DNA of 64,000 nucleotides from a virus, in the IMG/VR virus record IMGVR_UViG_3300011977_000001; one strand, 5' to 3'. Shown here in pieces: positions 1 through 7,199 of this stretch; the first letter of the stretch is position 1, and each line of letters starts with the position of its first letter. Position numbers and translations under genes: made by a program. The notes beneath the pieces are model-generated. The model was not told the DNA's origin, did no database searches, and was given only the letters and a program-made list of their open reading frames with translations.

Positions 1-170
1 GGCTGTGCGGATGGCAATTCTAGCAACGCCCCTTCCATCACATCACTGTAAACAGCTTCGGCACTCCACGCCACATGACCCTCGCAATTCTGTTCTTCCG
101 CAAACGTAAGACGAAATGTGTTTTTCTTAACTGCATCAATCGCCGCCTGTCTGCTGATTAAGTCACTCAT
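1..170 (-). CDS. hypothetical protein, LISRQAAID...LPSAQP family (first 56 codons; 3' end beyond left edge)
   Basis: ATG at 170 overlaps stop of ORF 167..457 (ATGA). Frame stays open to position 1: MSDLISRQAAIDAVKKNTFRLTFAEEQNCEGHVAWSAEAVYSDVMEGALLELPSAQ. Shares N-terminal and LPSAQP motifs with ORF 2589..2876. Confidence 0.6.
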   Translation of the reverse strand, partial: MSDLISRQAAIDAVKKNTFRLTFAEEQNCEGHVAWSAEAVYSDVMEGALLELPSAQ

Positions 171-457
171 TCCTTATCCTCACTTTCTGCCTGTGCTAAC
201 CCTATATAATTCCATCCTCGTGGTTGCATCCCAATGATGCAGTATCCATCTTCAAGACCATATTGTTTGCAATTTCGTAAGATGTAGGTTATTTCACGGC
301 GTACATGATGCCCAGTAAATTTTTCGCCATCCCATTCTTTTAAGTCAAGAATGTCACCTACTTTGTAATCTCTATCATCTTTACGCAATTCAAAAGTTTT
401 CTTTTCACATGGAATTTTCCAATAATACTCTGAAAGAACCTTTAATTCATGAGTCAT
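167..457 (-). CDS. DUF3850 / ASCH-like (PUA-fold) domain protein
   Basis: 96-aa ORF; HELKVLSEYY..KKTFELRKDDRDYKVGDILDLKEW pattern typical of DUF3850/ASCH proteins; GAGGATAAGGA RBS before ATG. Confidence 0.7.
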   Translation of the reverse strand: MTHELKVLSEYYWKIPCEKKTFELRKDDRDYKVGDILDLKEWDGEKFTGHHVRREITYILRNCKQYGLEDGYCIIGMQPRGWNYIGLAQAESEDKE

Positions 458-466
458 TCCTTATCC

Positions 467-523
467 TCACTTTCTGCCTTGTAGCGCTTCAATCGCCGCC
501 TGTCTGCTGATTAAGTCGCTCAT
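467..523 (-). other. 18-codon truncated LISRQAAI leader ORF (remnant of the family's 5' end)
   Basis: ATG 523, MSDLISRQAAIEALQGRK, stop at 467; own RBS (AGAGAGGGGG). Sits between the C5-methylase stop and the DUF3850 start. Confidence 0.5.
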
Positions 524-1853
524 CCTGTTCACGCCCCCTCTCTTTTATCCTATCTTCTGGAAAATGTCGCTTTGTTACCGCTATCGGGAATTCTTCTATC
601 TCGCTTGCAAATATCGCTGTCCCCGGTCCGTTGCATCTTTCCCACGCAAGCGGAAAGCCGCCGATACCGTCAAACAGGCTCCCCAGCGTGGCGGGTCCGA
701 TGTACTGCGCAGAGATACGCCGCAGGAGCCAGAACCAGAATGGAAGGGCGATAGAGTTGCCCAGCGCCTTATAGCGTGGGCTGTCAGCGTCCTTGTGACG
801 CTTGCCCTTGCTGTCTACCCACTCGCCGATGTCCGTCCAGCCGTCCGGGTAGCCCTGTAAACGTTCGCATTCCAGCGGCGTCAAGCGGCGGACAACGGAT
901 GGAGTTCTCACGGGGTTCTGATAGTTCAAAGAGTAACCGCCGTTCTCCTTGCTCTGAAGCGTCCCGCTGACTTCCTGATGTTCATTAAGGTTCCTGCAAT
1001 CAACCGCTGAAATCATCACCGCCGGTTCATGTCCGTGACTTTGTGCCCTTAACGTCGCCGTGCTATCGTGTGATACGTCCATCACACTGCCGCCCTGATC
1101 GTTCAGAACCATCACCGCCTGTTGATCGTGCATCGTGTCCAGGGTGTTTGCCTGCTCCGCCATGCTGACCTGATTTAACTGACCATTTCCGATGCACAGT
1201 GCCGTATAATCCGTCACCCGGTTTTGATGATCGCCCGTCATAGTGGGGGCAGTCTGTCCGTCGCCGTTGCCTCTGGCGTCGTAGACGGCTGGGCGGTCAA
1301 TCGTGTTCAGCGTGTAACTGACATCCTTCCTCCAACCTTTACCGTTGCATCCGGCGGTATCGGCTCTGTCAATGCCGTTTCCTTGCAGACAGAACACGCT
1401 GTCTCTGCTTTGTCCTCCGTTCTCGTTTGCGTTGAGGCTGTGCCACACTCCGTCATCTGGGTACACTCTTGCGGATTGGCTGTCCCACAGGTTATAGGCT
1501 CCGCTTGCGCCCTCAGTGCCGTCTCCAACTGGCTCTATTACAAAGTTTCCGCCGCTGTAAGCTCCGGCATTCCCGTTCCACTTTGTACCGTATGTTGCTG
1601 TGATTGTGCTCGCAACGCCGCCTCCAGCTGCTCCGGCAGTTTCTTCCCTCGCCGTTCCGCCCGGTTCAAAATCCCCTGACAAGCCTTTGCGCTCAAAGAG
1701 TATTTCTGGGGCGGATTGTCCTCCAAAATCGCAGACAACCGAGATTCGACGGCGACGCTGGGGCACTCCCCAAAACTGCGCATCGTGTACTCGCCAAGCA
1801 ACAGACCATCCGCCCAACTCATCGTACAGGCATCCGGACTTCGACCATTTTTT
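489..1853 (-). CDS. C5 cytosine DNA methyltransferase, downstream reading frame (motifs VIII, TRD, IX, X, then I and II)
   Basis: Frame open from 1853 (listed ORF starts at TTG 1817). WRVHDAQFWGVPQRRRR (VIII), long variable region, RRLTPLECERLQGYPDGWT (IX), YKALGNSIALP (X), then LFDGIGGF (I) and ASEIEEFPIAV (II) at the C-terminus, with no stop or start between. Confidence 0.8.
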   Translation of the reverse strand, partial: KKWSKSGCLYDELGGWSVAWRVHDAQFWGVPQRRRRISVVCDFGGQSAPEILFERKGLSGDFEPGGTAREETAGAAGGGVASTITATYGTKWNGNAGAYSGGNFVIEPVGDGTEGASGAYNLWDSQSARVYPDDGVWHSLNANENGGQSRDSVFCLQGNGIDRADTAGCNGKGWRKDVSYTLNTIDRPAVYDARGNGDGQTAPTMTGDHQNRVTDYTALCIGNGQLNQVSMAEQANTLDTMHDQQAVMVLNDQGGSVMDVSHDSTATLRAQSHGHEPAVMISAVDCRNLNEHQEVSGTLQSKENGGYSLNYQNPVRTPSVVRRLTPLECERLQGYPDGWTDIGEWVDSKGKRHKDADSPRYKALGNSIALPFWFWLLRRISAQYIGPATLGSLFDGIGGFPLAWERCNGPGTAIFASEIEEFPIAVTKRHFPEDRIKERGREQDERLNQQTGGD

Positions 1854-2197
1854 TCAGGCAGAGGCACATCTGGGGCATCTGGGTCTGCGATCCTGACGAT
1901 TTCCGTGAGGACCGCCTGGAAGTCTTTTCCTCCGTTACTGGAGAAGGCCCCAGGAACATTTTCCCAGACCATATATCGAGGTCGAAGATACTCAACTGCC
2001 CTTCCATTTTGTCTGTCACGCTCTCTCATCTCCTTTACTATCCGTATCTGTTCCATGAACAGGCCAGACCGCTCACCTTTCAGCCCGGCGCGTAGGCCTG
2101 CGACCGACAAATCCTGACACGGTGATCCGCCTGTAATACAATCAACCGGCGGTAGGTCGTATCCGTGCAGTTTGGTGATATCGCCGTAGTGTTTCAT
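1538..2197 (-). CDS. C5 cytosine DNA methyltransferase, upstream reading frame (motifs IV and VI)
   Basis: MKHYGDITKL.., GGSPCQDLSVAG (PCQ catalytic loop), MVWENVPG (ENV). No FxGxG motif upstream. After the A7 tract it continues about 100 codons in its own frame to stop 1538, overlapping the downstream frame. Confidence 0.8.
   Translation of the reverse strand: MKHYGDITKLHGYDLPPVDCITGGSPCQDLSVAGLRAGLKGERSGLFMEQIRIVKEMRERDRQNGRAVEYLRPRYMVWENVPGAFSSNGGKDFQAVLTEIVRIADPDAPDVPLPEKNGRSPDACTMSWADGLLLGEYTMRSFGECPSVAVESRLSAILEDNPPQKYSLSAKACQGILNRAERRGKKLPEQLEAALRAQSQQHTVQSGTGMPELTAAETL
1847..1854 (-). other. A7 homopolymer / A_AAA_AAT heptamer at the junction of the two methylase frames
   Basis: Plus-strand T7 at 1848-1854. 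The -1 frame opens exactly here (its last stop TGA is 1854-1856) and immediately encodes KWSKSGCLYDELGGWSVAWRV.. leading into motif VIII. Confidence 0.6.
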
Positions 2198-2253
2198 GCC
2201 GCCATCCTCTCTAGCGCATCAATCGCCGCCTGTCTGCTGATTAAATCATTCAT
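2194..2253 (-). other. 19-codon truncated LISRQAAI leader ORF
   Basis: ATG 2253, MNDLISRQAAIDALERMAA, stop overlaps the methylase ATG (ATGA at 2194-2197). Confidence 0.5.
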
Positions 2254-2599
2254 CGGTTCTCCTTTCCCATTCATCTTGAATCGACCTAACAAATGCCTTT
2301 ATCCGTTCCTTGTCATTGTCGTTAATCGTGTATACTTCTCTGTCTCCAAACATCTCTTCCAAAACATCGTGTGCTTCTTTCTCGCCTATCTTTGCAAGGT
2401 TTTTTGCTTCGATTGCTCCGTGATAGTTGTTCTGTAAATCAATGATTTCTTTACATCCACGGCGAAGGATTCCGCTTAATGCCCTATATCCAAGTCCAAG
2501 TTCTTCAAAATAAGGCTTGTCTACTTCGCCACGCTCATCTGCAACATTGGCAATATCCAAACAAATCTGCACAAGTTTTGTTATATAATCAGTCCTCAT
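2246..2599 (-). CDS. hypothetical protein
   Basis: Start moved to MRTDYITKLV (ATG 2599) behind GAAAGGAGAA RBS; 117 aa, protein-like composition. Confidence 0.6.
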   Translation of the reverse strand: MRTDYITKLVQICLDIANVADERGEVDKPYFEELGLGYRALSGILRRGCKEIIDLQNNYHGAIEAKNLAKIGEKEAHDVLEEMFGDREVYTINDNDKERIKAFVRSIQDEWERRTDE

Positions 2600-2876
2600 C
2601 AGTTCTCCTTTCCGCCTTACTGCAAAAATCATTGCTTTTAGTGACCCATGCTAGTCTTGTGCCGTATACGCAATAATCGCCGACACCTCTATATTTGCAG
2701 TCCTTACACCATATGATTTCCGGCTGTGCGGATGGCAATGATTCAATCATCGTTTTTGCAAGTGTCTTATCCCACTCAACGCCCCATGCGCCTTTGTCAA
2801 GTTCATCAATCGCCGCCTGTCTGCTGCCATCCTTCTCCGTACTGATCAATGACTTTGGTGAACTCTTCCAGGTCAT
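2589..2876 (-). CDS. hypothetical Cys-containing protein, LISRQAAID...LPSAQP family (full length)
   Basis: ..SLISTEKDGSRQAAIDELDK...LPSAQPEIIWCKDCKY..C..; 5' end overlaps the metallopeptidase 3' end, so the true start is uncertain. Confidence 0.6.
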   Translation of the reverse strand: MTWKSSPKSLISTEKDGSRQAAIDELDKGAWGVEWDKTLAKTMIESLPSAQPEIIWCKDCKYRGVGDYCVYGTRLAWVTKSNDFCSKAERRTDED

Positions 2877-3219
2877 GAGGTACGATGAAATATTTCACAT
2901 TTCCATCATCCTTTTCCTCGACTCCTACATGAAGAAGCTCGTGATAAATCAGAATCTCCATCTGCTTGTCATTGAAACCGGTCACATTCTGGTCGTAAAC
3001 CGTAATAATGAAGTCAAACGGGATGAATCTCTTATCTCGGTCCTGGACCTTTCGGCAGTCTGCGAACACGGTCTTTCCACCGGAATGCTTTTTCTTGTTC
3101 GAAGACATATATCCGATACTCACCTCGGCGTATTTCATCCATGAAATGTCCTTATGCTCTTCGATCACTTTTGCAGCGATCTGTGCATATTCCTCAGAAA
3201 TTTCTGTCTGTTCTTTCAA
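2806..3219 (-). CDS. putative phage metallopeptidase (HExxH)
   Basis: 137 aa, IYHELLHVG zincin motif in a context resembling the small phage metallopeptidase family; AGGAGG RBS. Confidence 0.6.
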   Translation of the reverse strand: MKEQTEISEEYAQIAAKVIEEHKDISWMKYAEVSIGYMSSNKKKHSGGKTVFADCRKVQDRDKRFIPFDFIITVYDQNVTGFNDKQMEILIYHELLHVGVEEKDDGNVKYFIVPHDLEEFTKVIDQYGEGWQQTGGD

Positions 3220-3409
3220 TTCTTCCTCCTATTCTTGATTGATAAATCATTTATGTGCGTTTCTAAGTGCCGTTTCTACAAATATTTTAGCGTACTTGAT
3301 GCGTTATTGGTATTCGTAATAGTGCACAAATGTGCGTTTTTTTTCAGGATAGTTTGCTATATTTTTGAATGATATAGGGAACTGTTGATCTTATCATCCT
3401 CCTCAACCA

Positions 3410-3940
3410 TCATTCTTCCTTTTCCAGTGTAAGCATCATCCTTTCAGCAGCTTTCAACCTGATTCTTACGTTTCTCTTTGCCGGGATAGCAAGCAGTACA
3501 ATCACCATCCCAAGAATCGACACCAGGGCGAATCCTGGCACTGATACCATCGCTATAAACCCAAGAATAATGTCTAATAATCCGATAACAAGATTGCAGT
3601 TCACGTTCTTCTGCTGCTTTTTCAGGTCTGCTATATCGTCTTTCGTTAAAGTTCTCACATCCTCACTTGTCTTGAGCTCCGATGTGTCCACGGCTTTCCC
3701 GGATAATGACTCCATCATCCTCGATTTTGAACCTGAAGTTGCCGTTCCGATTAGGTCATCCATTGATACAGTTGTGGCGTGATACACTTTGTTTTTCAGG
3801 GCCTTTTCCGGATTCTTGATGCAACCAATTCCCTTCTTCCCGTAGGTTGGAACAATTCTTCGTCTGACCGCTCTCTTAGCCATCCCAGTTGTCCTGGATT
3901 TGACTCTACTCTTGAGTCTCACTGTCCTGACTGATCTCAT
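3410..3940 (-). CDS. membrane-anchored hypothetical protein
   Basis: Basic N-terminus, C-terminal hydrophobic stretch VIGLLDIILGFIAMVSVPGFALVSILGMVIVLLAI; AGGAGGAAG RBS before ATG 3940. Confidence 0.6.
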   Translation of the reverse strand: MRSVRTVRLKSRVKSRTTGMAKRAVRRRIVPTYGKKGIGCIKNPEKALKNKVYHATTVSMDDLIGTATSGSKSRMMESLSGKAVDTSELKTSEDVRTLTKDDIADLKKQQKNVNCNLVIGLLDIILGFIAMVSVPGFALVSILGMVIVLLAIPAKRNVRIRLKAAERMMLTLEKEE

Positions 3941-3957
3941 TGATCTTCCTCCTGATT

Positions 3958-4923
3958 TTATTCACCATCAGTTCCGTATCGATTTCTATACGCCTGGCCT
4001 GCCAGCTCATTCAGGCATTCTTTAATGAACGGGTCCAGCTGATCTATCCATCGTCTCGGAATCGAATTGTACCCGTACCATGCGCCAGCAATTCCTCCCG
4101 CAATCGCTCCTATCGTATCTGCGTCACCGCCTCTTTCCACTGCGTTTCGCAGTGTTCCCTCAAAGGTGTGCTTCTTGTAGAAAGCCTCCAGGGCGTTTTT
4201 TAGCGAGTCTACTACCCATCCGGTAGGTTCTGCCTTCAAGTCCAAATAAGAGGAAATACCCGGTTTGCACCAGCTTGTGTGCACTCTTGCAGAGATTAAA
4301 TCTTCCTGTATCTGATCTTTCTGAGGACGCTTCCCTAGCTGTGTACAATCGTGAATAAACTGCGTATAGACCATGACTGCCAAGTCGCTCTGTTCGTCCC
4401 AGTGCGTGATCCTACCTAGCTGAATCGCTGTATTTGATGCCTGGTTCCGCATTTTATAGAACAGTCCAGGATAGATTGACCGCATCAGTGCGCCGTTCCC
4501 ACAGGCTCTGTGCGTTTCTGCATAAGTCTTTGACAAATTCATCCACTGATCAGTCGTCAGCATTCTTCCCTGCTTTATCCGAATTTTTTCAGCGGCAGTC
4601 AGGACATTGCAAATCGTGATTCCGATTCCGAAACCATCATCGATCATCCAGTTGATAAACCGATCTCCTGCCAGCGGAACCGGGTCATCCGGATCCTCAG
4701 CGATCGCATAAGCCTCCTCGATCGTCATCATCGTATCGTCTGTGCATTTTCCTGCAGTACAGCGCAGCACTCCTCCTCCCTGCAAATTATTTGCAGGGCC
4801 GTACTCATCCATCGCCTCCTCCCTGGAAAGAAACTCTCTCGGGGCTCCAAGTGCATCTCCGATCGCAACTCCGTACAGTGCGCCTTTGATATGGTTGAAA
4901 ATCATGTCTTCTTCAACAGTCAT
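3958..4923 (-). CDS. ADP-ribosylglycohydrolase (ARH/DraG family)
   Basis: GALYGVAIGDALGAPREF near the N-terminus and GGDADTIGAIAGGIAGAWYG near the C-terminus, the two metal-binding signatures of the family. Confidence 0.8.
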   Translation of the reverse strand: MTVEEDMIFNHIKGALYGVAIGDALGAPREFLSREEAMDEYGPANNLQGGGVLRCTAGKCTDDTMMTIEEAYAIAEDPDDPVPLAGDRFINWMIDDGFGIGITICNVLTAAEKIRIKQGRMLTTDQWMNLSKTYAETHRACGNGALMRSIYPGLFYKMRNQASNTAIQLGRITHWDEQSDLAVMVYTQFIHDCTQLGKRPQKDQIQEDLISARVHTSWCKPGISSYLDLKAEPTGWVVDSLKNALEAFYKKHTFEGTLRNAVERGGDADTIGAIAGGIAGAWYGYNSIPRRWIDQLDPFIKECLNELAGQAYRNRYGTDGE

Positions 4924-4938
4924 CTGCCTCCTCCCCTC

Positions 4939-5481
4939 TCATCGCCATGCAAACGCTCTTCTTCTGAATCCGTAGCTCTTACTGGTCCAGAAGTTCACAA
5001 GCTCCTGTCCTTCCTTTTCTCCGGTACTCAGGCTCAAACCATGAAGCAGCAGCTTCGGGTCGAATCCAAAGCGTCTGTATCCTTCCAAGCAGGTGTTGTA
5101 GTATTCCCCGGTCGGGATTCCCATGCTGCGTTCTTCATGCATGATGTAAATAATGCCATCCACCTCCGGTCCCAGTCTTCCGGTCAGCAGGTTGCGTACT
5201 TTTACCGGAATCCTAGTTTTGTAGTAGAACCGAGGACAGCCCTCATACCGATCGAGATTTTTTTCATCCTCAGCGCTGATTCTCCAAACAGCTACCGGCA
5301 CCATGGAACCCGTATTTTTCTCAATCGTCAGATAGCTTCCGGTCTTCGAGCCTTTGAAAAGCAGCTCGTAACCATCGATTTCTGCAGTTCCTACATAGAT
5401 AGCGTTTGGACATCTGTAAAGCATCTGTCCAACGCTCAGGTTGCTTCCATATGCGAGATAGAAAGTATTTCTCTCTTCCAT
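4939..5481 (-). CDS. gamma-glutamylcyclotransferase (GGCT), AIG2/GGACT-like
   Basis: Start moved to MEERNTFYLAYGSNL (ATG 5481, AAGGAGGAAG RBS); YxxYGSN motif and size (180 aa) fit the GGCT fold. Confidence 0.7.
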   Translation of the reverse strand: MEERNTFYLAYGSNLSVGQMLYRCPNAIYVGTAEIDGYELLFKGSKTGSYLTIEKNTGSMVPVAVWRISAEDEKNLDRYEGCPRFYYKTRIPVKVRNLLTGRLGPEVDGIIYIMHEERSMGIPTGEYYNTCLEGYRRFGFDPKLLLHGLSLSTGEKEGQELVNFWTSKSYGFRRRAFAWR

Positions 5482-5491
5482 GACTTCCTCC

Positions 5492-5785
5492 TTACTGTCT
5501 GAGTGCACTCTCCGCTCTCTTCTTATGCTCGTTGTCGGCTTCTCGATACATTCTGAGCATTTTTCTTTCCTCAGAAGTAATCGTGTCCTCAATACCAAGA
5601 ATGTCCAGCATCCCTGTATCCAGGGCTTTTGCTGCCTTCGCCACGATTTCAATCGGAATCTCTTTGATTACGTCCATCTCGTACTTGTACATCAACTGCT
5701 TTGTGATCCCGATCTTATTAGCCAGTTCAGTCTGCGTCATACCATTTTCTGATCTGGTTTTCCTGATATTCTGACCGATGCTCAT
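5492..5785 (-). CDS. XRE-family helix-turn-helix regulator
   Basis: IRKTRSENGMTQTELANKIGITKQLMYKYE canonical HTH_XRE pattern. Confidence 0.8.
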   Translation of the reverse strand: MSIGQNIRKTRSENGMTQTELANKIGITKQLMYKYEMDVIKEIPIEIVAKAAKALDTGMLDILGIEDTITSEERKMLRMYREADNEHKKRAESALRQ

Positions 5786-5789
5786 TCCA

Positions 5790-5948
5790 TCACCATCCGT
5801 TTCTCTCTTCGATCGACTCTTCTCCTCGCATCATCCAATCTAACCGTTCTGCGTTATCGGGGTCTTCGTAAAGCCTTTCAAGTTCCTCAGGATCACCATC
5901 CTCTGCCTTTTTTATCGTCTCAATCATCCACTTGTCTCTGTAGCTCAT
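5790..5948 (-). CDS. small acidic hypothetical protein
   Basis: Start moved to MSYRDKW (ATG 5948) behind AAAGGAGGAA RBS; 52 aa. Confidence 0.5.
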   Translation of the reverse strand: MSYRDKWMIETIKKAEDGDPEELERLYEDPDNAERLDWMMRGEESIEERNGW

Positions 5949-6015
5949 AATGTCTATTCCTCCTTTTATTGTTCTCACAGAGCCTCTCTGATAGGCCCTG
6001 TGAGGTTTTTGTAAG

Positions 6016-7005
6016 TCAGGCTGCCCTATTCCCGCTGTAAGCAGCGTTCCCGCTCAGTCGGCGTGTCAGAACGTCTCTTGCCGTCTCGAACTCTTTCCCG
6101 ATAAATCCCAGACGCAGAAGCCAGCAGCGCATTGCGTATTTGTGGTTGCTATCCAGGTTCTCGTTCGGGGTCGTCCTAGTGACTTCCTTAGAATACTGAG
6201 ACATTGCCAGGCAGAGCTGAATGTAAGCCTTTACCATACCAGCGTGTATTCCGCCCTTCCGGTCCTGACTCGGGTTGTCGAACTGGAAGCACCGGAACTC
6301 GATCGTCCCGTGCCCATGCGGGTCGAATAAGCTGTGGAGATTGAGCATGTGGTATCTGGTTTCGTTGTAGTGGCGAATATTGCCATCAGGGTCCTCACCC
6401 TGCGATTTATACCAGCAGCGCCTAAACTCCTCGATTGTCTTCGGCTTCTGCTTATTGACTGCCTCAACCCAGCGGCTATCAGTTGTCTTGCAATACCTTC
6501 TTCTGTTCCAGGGAATGCTGATCGATTCGATCAGAATCGATTCATGAGCTTTCATCAGATTTGTCAGATTTCGAAGTGACTGGGGTGTGTGTCCTCCCTC
6601 TTTTCCCAGGTCCGCTCCAATGTGGACGTGGATTCCGCATGAATTTTCAGGATTGGACTTAGCTCCCTCTTTACGCAGCATTCTCAGCACTTCCTGAAGA
6701 GTCGGTATGTCGTCATAAGTCAGAACCGGCGTATTGAGCTCGCACTTCAGGTGCTGCGGATAATTGCTCACCTGCTGTCTGATCGAACAGTCGTAAGCGT
6801 ATTTCCACTTGCGTCCCTGCTGATCCAGACAGTAGTAAACATCCAGGTGCTGTTCCCATCCGATCGAGCTGTCATCGACATAAGTCCCAAAGAACTTTGC
6901 GGTCAGAACAGCTGCTCTCTTTCGGTTGATGCCAAACATCTCAACTTCAACCCCTATCGTCTGCTGCTTCATTCTCTCAATGAAACTGTTTCTCTCAATC
7001 CTCAT
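6016..7005 (-). CDS. amidoligase (glutamine synthetase-like fold, Amidoligase_2-type)
   Basis: Start moved to MRIERNSF (ATG 7005, GGGAGAA RBS); GVEVEMFG, CELNTPVL, CGIHVHIG and GTIEFRCF strands typical of GS/GCS2-like amidoligases. Confidence 0.7.
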   Translation of the reverse strand: MRIERNSFIERMKQQTIGVEVEMFGINRKRAAVLTAKFFGTYVDDSSIGWEQHLDVYYCLDQQGRKWKYAYDCSIRQQVSNYPQHLKCELNTPVLTYDDIPTLQEVLRMLRKEGAKSNPENSCGIHVHIGADLGKEGGHTPQSLRNLTNLMKAHESILIESISIPWNRRRYCKTTDSRWVEAVNKQKPKTIEEFRRCWYKSQGEDPDGNIRHYNETRYHMLNLHSLFDPHGHGTIEFRCFQFDNPSQDRKGGIHAGMVKAYIQLCLAMSQYSKEVTRTTPNENLDSNHKYAMRCWLLRLGFIGKEFETARDVLTRRLSGNAAYSGNRAA

Positions 7006-7199
7006 ATCAAATTCTCCCAAATGCTGGCAGCTCCCGGCTGCAAGATAATAGTAACGCACATATGTAATATTATCTATGTCACTAAAGCACAAATATTTAA
7101 CCGTTCGGTTAGATATAATTATCACTTATGTGCGCTACTTGTGTATAATTATGAGGATTTGAGTTGTTTATGAGCTCCGTTTGTGTATATTTTCAGAGC

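Noticed and set aside
5971-6016. Hairpin CTCACAGAGCC/GGCCCTGTGAG after the amidoligase gene as a terminator
   Set aside because: The U-tract follows it only on the plus (non-coding) strand. On the minus strand it is followed by an A-rich RBS region, so terminator function within the operon is doubtful.
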